Made by a program: the position numbers and the translations under genes. A stretch of 62,735 nucleotides of DNA, filler included, from Circinaria calcarea (taxonomy: Eukaryota): NCBI GenBank assembly GCA_051942165.1. It is 19 parts of 19 records of this genome, joined end to end, with 100 filler letters (N's around TTAATTAATTAA, not from the genome) between each part and the next. Parts side by side here need not be neighbours in the genome. Positions count along the whole stretch, not along the records: positions 23,227 to 26,434 come from JAVECS010002968.1; positions 26,535 to 29,740 come from JAVECS010002969.1; positions 29,841 to 33,045 come from JAVECS010002970.1; positions 33,146 to 36,350 come from JAVECS010002971.1; 15 more parts are not named here. One strand, given 5' to 3'. Each line of letters opens with the position of its first letter. The stretch's first letter is position 1. The notes under the pieces are model-generated. The model saw nothing but the letters and a program-made list of their open reading frames with translations. It was not told the origin of the DNA and searched no databases. Of this stretch, positions 25,376 through 36,450 are shown piece after piece.

Positions 25376-26122
25376 TCAACCGAGGATAAGGGCGTAGACG
25401 ATGACCAGCATGTTGATGCCGATTAGTGGTACTGTTGTATTCATCCTCTCATCAGCGCGACTGTTCTCTCAACCGTCTGTTGTTCCGGTAGCCCGTTTAA
25501 ACCCATTCAATCCTGTAACTGAGGGCTCCCGGAATGCGACTTCTCCCAGTGAAGCAAAGACCCCCACAATTGCTACCCATTCCTCGTTCCATACTCCTTT
25601 TCCCTTGCCGCACATACTGATCGAGATAAAAGAGGACCTACTTCTCATCAAAGTCCGTATACTGTTGATCAATTCCACAATTTTCGCTTTAACGCTCGTG
25701 GTATCTTGGCTGGAGCCGAAGGAGGCGGATTGTGGGACTTTGCCCCATCCAACTGTCGGTTGAAAAGTAGTGTTAGCGAATTTGACAGTTCTAGTTGGCA
25801 TCGAGGATGATGAGCTGTGACTGTGGAGGGGGATATGTTGTGGAAGACAGCTTCTAGCCCCGTGTGAAAGTACTGGCGTATGATTCCAACTTCTTGCCCG
25901 AAAACCAGACAAGGAGTTCTCCTTGGAGGTAGAGTGACTGTAAAAGGAAGACGGAAAAGGAACACAGAGAATACATACTTCGCGCCAAGAACCTATCCTC
26001 GGAAAGGATGGCTATTGCATTGATGAGAAGGACGGAGACTGTTTGCAAGTTAGTCGAGTTGCTATATAGTTAGAGAATCACGACATACTATAGAAGAAGC
26101 CACCGAGGCCGAAGAATACCAT
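25376..26122 (-). CDS. YOS1: Yos1/IER3IP1 ER-Golgi transport protein, complete, 4 exons
   Basis: Spliced product MVFFGLGGFFYISVLLINAIAILSEDRFLARIGWG..KAKIVELINSIRTLMRIPLIGINMLVIVYALILG*. Confidence 0.9.
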
Positions 26123-27235
26123 TATGGCCTTGTGCTGTGGGACATGCGGTGCATGGAGAGAGCTTTCTCGTGGGCTTTCTAGTGGGAAGGTGTACTCATC
26201 GCAATCGGGTAGATTGATAGTGTTCCCCTTTGGGTCAAGCGCCCGAAACGACCGTAATCGAATCGAACATCTTTGTTTATTCATCAGCTTCTCCACGATT
26301 TGCTATTGCCTCAGTGCCACCTCCGCAAGCTCCGGAGGCCTCAGACTTCTTTCGTACTAGCTTCGCTAGAAAAGGTTTTTCCGATCCGATATTATGTAAA
26401 CCTTTTTCGAGAGAAGTCTGAGACTTTCATCCACNNNNNNNNNNNNNNNNNNNNNNNNNNNNNNNNNNNNNNNNNNNNTTAATTAATTAANNNNNNNNNN
26501 NNNNNNNNNNNNNNNNNNNNNNNNNNNNNNNNNNAAAATCCACCAATCCCAACACTACCTCTCAGAGACTCCTCCTCCTCCTCCTCCTCCTCCTCCCTTT
26601 GAACCACCATCTCCCGTGGGAATACAGCCTAGAGACTCCCCCAAGTTCTACACACCCCATCTCCAATCGACCGGATCCAGATCCCAATCGACCGCTCTTG
26701 GGGACTTGTGTGGTGGAGCCAAGGCAACTAGTGACTGGGCGCACATATGGAGTGGGTAGGTAGGTATGGAGGATTCGGATTTCTACATATACCCACTCCT
26801 GGCACGTTTTAGCAGAGCAGAATAGCAGTTAGAAATGCAGTACTGATATCGCTTGATATTCTTTCTATATGTGCACTATACTGTAGCAGTCAGTTCATGC
26901 CATATATCCTCTGATTCTTCACTATTCAGGCTCCTATTACCCATTCTCGATTGCGTCTTTGCCTATACCTTAGGAGCATAGCGGATCACCCTATATCCTT
27001 CACACTTGGTGCCTTTTTTCCCGCCACCAGGACCTCGCTCGCTCGGCTTAACCCCCTGACTCCATCAGCCAAAAACTTCCAAACCATCGTTCGTCTTTCT
27101 TATGTGGGATCCTCAATACTCAAACTAACACGGAGGAAAAGGAAAAGAAAAAAACCAACTAGAAAGTATTAATGGAAGGGAGACTACAGAGGCCCAATCG
27201 AACGCACTCCTCGTTACGTTCATTTAACGACAGAA

Positions 27236-28117
27236 ATGAAAATCCTAATATACGACTGCAAGGAAATCGCAGACAGAAACAAGGCTCAGCTCTGGAGCGA
27301 TGATTTTATATATAACATGGGTTTGTCAGTGAGAACCAGAGCATCCAAAAAGGATGAAAAGACCGCCGGCTCACCCAGGGGAAGAGGAGGGATGGTATGG
27401 GTTCAACAGAAAAAGGAGCGAGTACAGATACGGATTGAGGACGTTTGGGTGTGGTGTGGGGTAGATGTCACCCCAAAGCCTGCTATGGCGGTGACCGGTC
27501 AAGCTCATATAGCCAATATATCTGCGTCCGGGGCGCCAGATGTAACATCTACCAGGCCAAGTAAGAGGATCCGCATGGACGACGACGACAGCGATGGCTC
27601 AAAGCGTCGTAAGACACTCCCTAACTTCAACGTTATCACCCCGGCAACTCTCAAGTACTGGGAGATTACGACTGCGCTCAAAGGTCTTGGATGGTGGAAT
27701 ACCGGTGCGCCAGACTGGAGAGAGCTACCCATAGGATGGGAGGAGTGGATGGCCAAAACAGGACGCCATAGCCCCAGAACCCTTGTCGTATCGTCGATAA
27801 TATCAGTTCTAGGAGAGCCGTACCTTGATGAGATGACAGCCTTGAAGGACGAAGAGATGCTTCTAATAAATAAAGACAGCGGGTGCGACGTCTTATTCTT
27901 TCCATTACCGACGCAGTCTGCCTCGTCCGCCTCTTTATTGAGAAATTTCATCGCGATCGCAGCAACATATAAATTCACTGGTATCATGGTCAACTGCACC
28001 GAATTAGGAGACAATCATCAACAGATTATAAAAACATTCCGCGATAACAGACAATCTGGCGATTTCCCCGCATTTTCGCAGCATTTAATTGAGTTTTGCA
28101 TGGGTACACCATCTTAA
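27236..28117 (+). CDS. Hypothetical protein, 293-aa ORF (possible short extra 3' exon)
   Basis: Long open frame with protein-like composition; no family recognised. Confidence 0.55.
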   Translation: MKILIYDCKEIADRNKAQLWSDDFIYNMGLSVRTRASKKDEKTAGSPRGRGGMVWVQQKKERVQIRIEDVWVWCGVDVTPKPAMAVTGQAHIANISASGAPDVTSTRPSKRIRMDDDDSDGSKRRKTLPNFNVITPATLKYWEITTALKGLGWWNTGAPDWRELPIGWEEWMAKTGRHSPRTLVVSSIISVLGEPYLDEMTALKDEEMLLINKDSGCDVLFFPLPTQSASSASLLRNFIAIAATYKFTGIMVNCTELGDNHQQIIKTFRDNRQSGDFPAFSQHLIEFCMGTPS

Positions 28118-28489
28118 CAATCACATCAAACTCACTTTCTCCTCTTAGGTCAGAATGCAAGCCCTATTTTATGAGGGTTTCAGCTATCCCGCTGTGGTGA
28201 AGTGAATCAAGGTTGATCGCCATTGATTCTGCTTCATTCACCGCGCCAAAGGTCACCACTTTCTCGATATGACGTTTGAAGGGGTGATTGTTGATTCACT
28301 GTTTCCACAGCTTGGACCCCATTTGCAATGCGATAATCATACTGGGCATTGACTTATCCCTCTCCTGTACTCTCTTCTCGTCTCATTTTTCTTGTCTCGT
28401 CAACAAAATTGTCATAGACTGCCTTGTTAATCTCTTACCATATCTTCGATAGCTACGTCAGCATTGCTACTGCGCGGAGAGCTACAGGT

Positions 28490-29656
28490 ATGGCCGGAAT
28501 AGCCGTACCCCCACGGTCACAAAGAAGCGATGCGGATTCAGAAGAGAGAACCAGGAATCCAATCCCTGATTCAGATTTTGAATTTAACGGACAAATATCC
28601 AAGAAAAGTGCAGATCAGACTGCTAGTACCAAAAGGAATCGATTCATCTCGTATCATACTCTAATTGACTGGTTTAAAGAAATGAGAGGTCAACTTCATA
28701 CAGGCTTGCACCTAGCAAAAGAGATAACCGATCAGTTATCAAAAGGAGAGTTTGCAGATCTCTACGTGGAACTGAAAATCCGCGGAACAGCTCAACTAGC
28801 AGAAATTAAAGATCTTTTCGCTCTTTTTGATAGGATCAGACATGAGTACTTCAAGGATGATCAAGATGTCGAGAAAAGAATACGAGATGAACTCTCAGAT
28901 GCTGAAGTTGAAGAGGAGATGAGGAAGGACGTGATCTCGATTAAAGCGGTCAAGATTGAAATGGACCGAGTGGACACGGACATCAATGATATTGAGGCTA
29001 TTCATGGCTCTATCTCCGGATGGTTACCTTACTGGGCAAGGCCCAAGGAAGGCGTTATCAGCCAAAGATGGGTCGCAGCCTTAAAACATCTTTTGAAAAC
29101 AGCGTCAAAAGAAGCACTTTTTGGGAGTGACATATATGTACCATTTTCTTTGGCAACCGGAGTCGTTCAACGATACACCAGAGGAAGATATACAAGATGT
29201 CGCCGTCGCGCATGGGCCACGCAGACAGACATGAAAGCCGCTGCAGATGAGTTAAAGTCACCAAGGATTCCAAAACAGGTTAGCGGGAAGCGAGGACAGG
29301 CTGAGGCTTCAGGTCCACTTCACCGCAGGAGTTCGCGTATAGCTGGTTCACCCGGAAATACAGAAGCTGCTCGGAAAGGTTACTACCCACAAAGTACTCC
29401 TGATTCAAGGAAGAAAAGAAAAGTATCGAAACCGACCAACACGAAAGCCGCAAGTCCTACACATTCATTAGTATTGATACATCAATTCAATGACGAGAAT
29501 AATGGATCCGATGGAACCTTAGAAACCCTTGTCGATAGAGCGGAACAAAACATTGTTGAGATGGAAGAATTCCTGCAGCAAGAGTCACAAAGGGATTCCC
29601 CATTAATATTCGGCAAGAACGCTAACGGAGAAATTAATCTATCAGGATCCAGATAA
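28490..29656 (+). CDS. Hypothetical helical/coiled-coil protein with a basic disordered C-terminus
   Basis: About 388-codon intronless frame from MAGIAVPP; contains RRSSRIAG and RKKRK basic patches. Confidence 0.6.
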   Translation: MAGIAVPPRSQRSDADSEERTRNPIPDSDFEFNGQISKKSADQTASTKRNRFISYHTLIDWFKEMRGQLHTGLHLAKEITDQLSKGEFADLYVELKIRGTAQLAEIKDLFALFDRIRHEYFKDDQDVEKRIRDELSDAEVEEEMRKDVISIKAVKIEMDRVDTDINDIEAIHGSISGWLPYWARPKEGVISQRWVAALKHLLKTASKEALFGSDIYVPFSLATGVVQRYTRGRYTRCRRRAWATQTDMKAAADELKSPRIPKQVSGKRGQAEASGPLHRRSSRIAGSPGNTEAARKGYYPQSTPDSRKKRKVSKPTNTKAASPTHSLVLIHQFNDENNGSDGTLETLVDRAEQNIVEMEEFLQQESQRDSPLIFGKNANGEINLSGSR

Positions 29657-30665
29657 CTTATCGTCCACGGTAATTCCTTATTATCTAAAATGGAAGAATT
29701 CCTGCAGCAAGAATCACATAATAACTCCCTTATAATATTTNNNNNNNNNNNNNNNNNNNNNNNNNNNNNNNNNNNNNNNNNNNNTTAATTAATTAANNNN
29801 NNNNNNNNNNNNNNNNNNNNNNNNNNNNNNNNNNNNNNNNTTTTCATTCTTTGAGAAATTATCAGTTGAGGGGTAAAGTAAAGGTAAGTAAATCCATCTA
29901 AGATGCATTTTTCTACTCACAAGTTTTCTTTTATGGGTCGGAAAAATCTCCTCTTCCCCCCCATCAATCATGCCCATCGCCCATTCCCTGTTTTCTTCCA
30001 ACTCCACTCCACTTCTACTCCTCCTCTCGATGAGAATCCCTTCACGATAATCTCTCACTCGCACTAGAATCGAGCACCCCCCCATTTCCCCAGGTCTTTC
30101 CCCTTTTTTTTTTTTTTTTTTTGGCTTCTTCGACCAAAACAGCCAGATTCGAGGAGAGGTTAAGGAAATGGAATATTTGGGAACGGAATAAGCGGAGGGG
30201 GGGATCGAATAGCTGATTTCGATTTGTTGTAATAGAGACATAGAGAGGGAGAGGAGGGAGAGAGGGTTGATTGGGCCGGTGGGGGGAGGGGAACAAAGGG
30301 AATTTCTCTCCCTCGGTCTCAAATCTTCTACAGAGGGGAAGTGGAAATTTCTTGCAATATTCATGGCTGGGACTCTTTACTAGTTTCGGTTATAGGAGGG
30401 AAGGAGAGAGGGGGAGAGAGAGGGAAAGTGAATCAGCATTTTTTTGTGGGATTCGCAGGTACCCCTATTTCTACGGATGCTGTTGCAAAGTCCAGGTTGT
30501 GCTGTGCTGTGCTACCATTTCCATCTATCCCATTTTTGATTTTCTTTTGGGCTTCAAAGTCTCCTAGCCATAAGCAGCGGAGTGCTAGGAGGTCCGAAGG
30601 CCTTTTCCATCAGAGCAGCGAGTATCCAACCACCCCTCCCCATTTCCTCATTCCCTTATCCCCTT

Positions 30666-33020
30666 TCACTCCCCTTCATGCCCTAGCGCCCCAGCGACGA
30701 TCCGATCCAGAATCTCCCACTCGACGGTGCCGACGCGTTCGACGGTCCAGCTGGGGTCGTGCGTGAGGGCCATAGTGCCAAAGGGCCCGTATGGGTGGAC
30801 CGGGTTGGTCTGGGGGTCGACGCCCGTGCTGACGTAGCAGAGCATGTCGGCGTAGTACTGGATGAGAAGTTATTAGCAACGCCACTGATGTATCAGATAC
30901 CAGAGGAACCAGAGAGGAAAGGGGAGAGGGGAGCCCTCACCTGCACGACATCCTCATCCCAATCCTGCTTCCTTCCCAGCACCTCAAACGGCCAATGCTT
31001 CATCAATGGGCTCATCTTGAGCCCCATATTCACCACCACTAATCCCGCCGTCGCGTCCACGAGCGCGCAGCGCTGCTTCTCGCTGAACGCGGGCACGTTG
31101 AGACCGGCGTAGAGGAGCTCTTGTAGCAGGGGCTCGGTAAGTCCGCGGGCGCCGCCGAGGGTGACGGCACTGCTGAGGGCGGTGATTTGGGCGAGGAGGG
31201 CGGCGTGGATTTGGTTGCGTTGGGCGAGGGTGTAGAGAGGGGTGGCGAACCAGGGGAACTGTTTTGAGGGGAAGAAGAGACGGGTTGTTAGTGGGAGTGG
31301 TCAATCAGGGGTAGAATGAGAGTAGAGTATTGAGTGAGGGGTGAAAATGAAGGGGGGGGAGATACCTTGTAGAGCGTGCTGATCATGCATTCGTATGTGC
31401 GGTTGAGGCATTTTTGGCTGAATCCAAACTATCGACGTTCCATACCGTTAGTTTCAGTACTTACCACCTGCAGTCGCTTGCTGAAAAGATGAGTTGGAAG
31501 GAAAGGTACATACGCGATGCGGCTGCTCAGCATACTTGACCATCATCACCAGCTCCTCGCCGGTCAGAAACCCGCTGAAGCCGGTTAAAGACGGATCCGT
31601 CTCTTTCAGAATCACCGGTACCTGCATATGCCATTCCACATTCTTCGCTTTGGGAAACATGGCTTCCATCAACTCCGCCTGCGAAGACAATGCCACTTCC
31701 ACGTGTCGATCTCCAAGCCTCAGACCTCTGCCCTCGACATCCCGTCCGTGCTGAAGGCGACTAATGGCGGCTTGAGCGTCCCCGACGCTGAAGAATTCAA
31801 TGTAGCAGTCCATGGTCTTGCCGGTAGTCCTCTCCATGGTGATGTGAATGGGGCTACCGAGGTCCGGCGTGATAATTTTGGCGTTTCGGCCAAGGAACGC
31901 AAGGACCTCTTGCTTCGTGATCGAATACGGTATCTGCTGGGGAGTCAGTACAGAGAGGATATGAATGTGAATGTACCTGTCATTGCAAACGACTGGAAGA
32001 TTGCTGAGAAATGGAAAATCGGGAATTGGGAAAAGCCGGTATTAGTGGGGGCCTGGCATTTTATTGGGAGGCGGTAATCAAGCAGAAAAGCGTTTGCATT
32101 CTAGCTAAAAACAAGCAAGCAAGCATGCAAATCTATCTGAATATAAAAAGCAATTCGAGCAAGTACGAAAAAAACAAAGGAATCTAAAAAAGTGCAAACG
32201 ACGGCCCCCTCCGTCATTGGTACCCCACCCATCTCCTTCTCGTAATACGACTTACATTCGTGACTCGTACCACGCCCCACCCCACCGGGGCCGCCTCCCA
32301 TGGCGTCCGCTGAAACGGCAGAAAGCTCGTTCCCATCGCCATATCGTATGGCGGATTCCCGCCACGCGTCATCAGCTGGAGCCGTACGCTTGTCCCAGCC
32401 ACGGCTGGCTGTGGGTACATGGCACTTGACCCGGCGCGGTAAGGGAGGGGGTTGAGGACTGGACCCCCCGCCCCGTGGTGAACGGCCGGTTGGCCGATGG
32501 TGTTGCTCCATGCTGCGTTGAACACAGCAGGTCCACGAAGCGGTGCCGCGGCACCCACCGGTGCGTATTGATGGTACCTTGGTACCGTTGGCGGTGCTCC
32601 AAAGGTAGGAGTTATCGAAGGCACCGGTAGGCCGTACGGCGCTGCCGTAAACTGCTGGGGGTAGCCCTGGGGCCCTAATGGCCGCTCGAGGAACATTGGC
32701 ATCGGCCGTGGCTGCTGGCTTCGAGGCAGCTGAAGAGTACCAGTCTGTTGACGTGCAGCTGGCTGTAATTGGTGAACTGACGTCTGCTGAGCGCCCGATT
32801 GTAGTTGGGAGTCTTCCTCCTGTTGAAAACCTTGTCCGTATTGGATCTGGTTAAGTTGCTGTTGCTCATTGAGCGCTTGGTTAATATGACCCGGAATTGA
32901 CTGTATCGGAAAGCGCCTAAGGTCAGGAAGACATTCTGACACTCGCTGATTTGCATTGAACGCGAGCAGGGAGGGAGACGGGGCTCCACGAACTGGATCA
33001 GGGGTCATGAAAGGATCCAT
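30666..33020 (-). CDS. Fungal RRM-like RNA-binding protein with Q/P-rich N-terminus, multi-exon
   Basis: WGVVRVTN|IPYSITKQEVLAFLGRNAKII..IHITMERTTGKTMDCYIEFFS..RLGDRHVEVALSSQAELMEAMFP; last exon ends ..GALGHEGE*. Confidence 0.75.
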
Positions 33021-33145
33021 GGTGGTTGATGAGGTCCACGGTATTNNNNNNNNNNNNNNNNNNNNNNNNNNNNNNNNNNNNNNNNNNNNTTAATTAATTA
33101 ANNNNNNNNNNNNNNNNNNNNNNNNNNNNNNNNNNNNNNNNNNNN

Positions 33146-33605
33146 AGGACCGGTTCAAGATCGTAACGGTGAGTGAGTGCGTGATCAAAGCGGGGCTTCC
33201 GATAGCGAGTGCCAAACTTATGATACCGTCCCACCATGCTGAAGTTTCGTACGGTAGCTGTGCTGTGAGCGCAAGCCACGGGAGTAGGAAGTTGGTGAAA
33301 GCTGGTGCAAAGAGTTTGAAACTGAATGTCTATGGCGGATCGTTAGCCTGGCGATTCGCTGAATAAAATGAGAATAGAATCGGCAACGGTAAAGATGCAT
33401 TTCGGCAAATGGATTCAAGGCATGCCTGCTGTAACTTGTCTGGACCGCAAAATTGGTAACAGGCATCCTTTAATATACCCCAAGCATGGTCATCCCGTAC
33501 ATGTACAGGTATGCCCAACCGATCCACCAAACCAAAGGTGGTAGTATTTCCATATAGCGACACGCAGCCTGCTGTCCAGTTGGCAGTTCTATATAATTCA
33601 ACCAT
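33146..33605 (-). CDS. Fungal membrane protein of unknown function, 3' partial
   Basis: Exon 1 MVELY..DACYQFCG; exon 2 FTNFLLPWLALTAQLPYET..LAIGSPALITHSLTVTILNR (hydrophobic). Confidence 0.6.
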
Positions 33606-34240
33606 GATGAAGGCTCACAAGAAATGAATAGAATGCAACGATATGAAACACTGGGTCGGGCAAGAGCTAGAGAGTGCTAATGCTGCTGTAATCTTGGAGT
33701 CCCCGGAGCTTGGTAGAGACTTCATATAGAATGCATGAAGCGTAGCCGGTTCATGAGGGTCTCCCACGTGGGTGACATCGGGACCATGTTGCCTTCAGAT
33801 CTCGTCCGCGTCAGGCTATGTAGGTAAAGTATCAACGTTGCCTCTTCGTGGCAATGCCAAAAGACCGGTTTGCCAGATGTCGATATTGTGGCCACATGCT
33901 CGCTGCATTTCAAATCATTCGCAAGGCATATTCTCAACAGAAAAGTTGGAAACCACAACTCCAGAGGCCGATGGACCACTCAATTACGAGAGCCCAGCAG
34001 AGCACCGCCACTGTGACTGGCTAAATGACGAAGGCCTGCAGAGAGTTATTATAACATCAGTTGATTTTCTCGATACCTCGCATGCTCAAGTCGGGGCGCC
34101 TGAACGAGGCGAAGCATTATAGATACATCTCGGGCGATTTTGGTGGGGGTGCGTGTTCGCCGTTTTGGGAGATTGGCTGGCCGCCCCGTTTAATTTGAGT
34201 CATACTTCTTTAATGCTGGTACAGCAGTGGAGGTTTTCAT

Positions 34241-34530
34241 TTGAGGGGTTTAGGTTTTTTTTGTTATGCTCGGAGGATGTTAGGTAGGCCCGGAATAACA
34301 GTGCTCCTAGCCAATCAATACTCGTCTGCCAGGCCACCCCCGCCTGGCTTTATATAGCTCCATTGTAGATCCATAACGGAGCTATATTATGCTAGTGAAC
34401 CTAGTATGGCCAATACGAATATATAGTTTCTGCTAGCTTTCCCCCCGTGCTTTACAATACCGGGCTTAGCCCGTCGGTGCCGTGCTCCCGAGCATAACAA
34501 ATTATTAGCAAAAAAACCTAAACCCCCCAA
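34241..34530. mobile_element. Degenerate foldback/MITE-like element
   Basis: GGGGTTTAGGTTTTTTTTGTTATGCTCGG (34245-34273) is mirrored at 34488-34528 with a short insertion; central 10-bp inverted repeat ATATAGCTCC/GGAGCTATAT. Confidence 0.55.
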
Positions 34531-34793
34531 TTACCACTATACGGGGGATGTTATCATCGGTGAGAAAAGTCTATCCGTTTGTTCGGGCACTCCGGGATCC
34601 AATGTTGTTTCCCCAGTGATCTTCACAAGGATTGAGCGAAGCGCTACGACTAACTGATCACGCTGGTGACCAAAAAAATCCGACACACAAACTTGATGGC
34701 CGTGGTGACACGCCTAAAATCGAGCCTAAAGTTTGTGATGACATGCTAATCTGCAGGGGTACTGATTATTAACGCAATCTCTCCGGAATTCCT

Positions 34794-35155
34794 ACGTCAC
34801 AGGGACCGGCATAAGTCATGGGGGTTCCGAGGTATTACCGATGTGGAGCTTAGTCAGCACCTGCACTATTTAGTCTTCCCCCAACATTTAAATTTAGCAA
34901 CACCCCAATCAATCAAATTACCCTCCATAATACAATCACTCTCTCCATAGGGTTATACCGACGTATGATATTTAGATTTAAATAATCAGCCATGAATCTC
35001 CTACCACCCCTCCGCATATTTCTCCCAAACACATACTGCTGATTCCGAGAGATTGAAAGGGTATTGAATTATTACTATAGTGTTTATTTCAATCTATACA
35101 GACTATTCGGTAATACCTCGGAACCCCCATGACTTATGCCGCCCCCCTGTGACGT
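34794..35155. mobile_element. MITE / non-autonomous DNA transposon (Tc1-mariner/Fot1-pogo-like), 362 bp
   Basis: TIRs at 34794-34841 and 35107-35155 (ACGTCACAGGG..CGGCATAAGTCATGGGGGTTCCGAGGTATTACCGA) differ only around the G run. TA at both edges; AT-rich non-coding interior. Confidence 0.85.
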
Positions 35156-35660
35156 TACGTTTTGATTGAGAAAATAGCTGGAATATATTAGAGGACAAAT
35201 TTTATATCAGAAATATCTTTTTCCTCAAAACTTTTCAGGTATACTAGAAATTATATAAAGGAGGTTGAATGATGCATTGATGATAATACCTCTTCAGACC
35301 AGTAGCTATCAGATACTGAAGGCTTCCGCTTCCTCGAAATATTTTACTTGTTTAATGTTAATACCAATATACGCCTGAGAGTGGGGATTCTACTGTTGGA
35401 CTCGGATAGGAGTAAAGTCCGATGCGAAGAACAGGCCGTTAACGCTCAGAGAAGCATGTGGCAGTCAATGCAGTGAAATCACAATTCCCATACATTTGCC
35501 GGCTTTTCAAAGCCCTGGGCTACCAAGAAGAGAGTGTACAATTATATACAGAGAATACACCTCCGCTCCATCCTAATGAGACTAGCCTTGCTCCAGATTG
35601 TGAACTGCCATAGAAACATTTGCGCCCCATCGACGTCCTTCCATCGTCCCAGTAAGATAT

Positions 35661-36350
35661 CTAGAAAGCCCTAGCATGAACCTTTTTCTCATCGTCTTTG
35701 AACATGCTCAACAGCATACTCTCTACCCAGTCGAGGAGTTGCTCAAGCGTGATCCCCGGCGGAAGAGGCTTCATCGACTTTGTAGAGTCGGTTGAGCGAG
35801 TTTTGGGTTCGGCGCTTGGCATGGTAGGAGCGGTGACGGTGGAGTTCATGGTAGGCGCAGCATCGCTTGCTGAAGATGTTGTTGGGACAAGATCAGTAAT
35901 TGTGGTACTTGATTCATTAGTGGCAAGAGGAATAGGAGTCATGCTAGTCGAAAGCTCAGCTGTGGTTGTTACCGCCGCATCAGTTGTAGACACAACACCT
36001 GTAGATGCGACAGTTTCATCGGCTGAGGCACTGAAATTCGACTGAGTGGTGACGGTTGTTGCAGCCATGCTCATCGAAGAATACGTTGGGCTAGCGTAAT
36101 ATTCGGAGATACTTGATGGGTAGGTGACGATTGGATTTGTTGTCGCAGTATTGTATGCGTCAGCTGTGCTTGTGATGGCTGCGAGAGTTGGGGATGTTGC
36201 AGGTTCGACAGGCGAGACGCCGGATCCTGATACGGTGGCAGAGCTATACTGCGGTATATCACCAGACGTAGAAGGCAGTACTAAAACAGAGGAGGAACTT
36301 AGTCCAACATCAGAAGTAGACTGCGGCACAGTAGCGGAGGTAGATTGTGG
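35661..36350 (-). CDS. Ser/Thr-rich C-terminal extension of a secreted protein, possibly an AA9 LPMO, 5' partial
   Basis: S/T/A/P-rich tract ending PLPPGITLEQLLDWVESML..KKVHARAF*. Such HARxF endings are recalled from AA9 tails, but the catalytic domain is not in the window. Confidence 0.55.
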   Translation of the reverse strand, partial: PQSTSATVPQSTSDVGLSSSSVLVLPSTSGDIPQYSSATVSGSGVSPVEPATSPTLAAITSTADAYNTATTNPIVTYPSSISEYYASPTYSSMSMAATTVTTQSNFSASADETVASTGVVSTTDAAVTTTAELSTSMTPIPLATNESSTTITDLVPTTSSASDAAPTMNSTVTAPTMPSAEPKTRSTDSTKSMKPLPPGITLEQLLDWVESMLLSMFKDDEKKVHARAF

Positions 36351-36450
36351 NNNNNNNNNNNNNNNNNNNNNNNNNNNNNNNNNNNNNNNNNNNNTTAATT
36401 AATTAANNNNNNNNNNNNNNNNNNNNNNNNNNNNNNNNNNNNNNNNNNNN

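Noticed and set aside
29789..30567. ORFs at purine-rich, homopolymer-laden contig edges (also near 19919, 39308-39654, 46357 and 52951)
   Set aside because: Low-complexity and probably low-quality sequence with no protein motifs.
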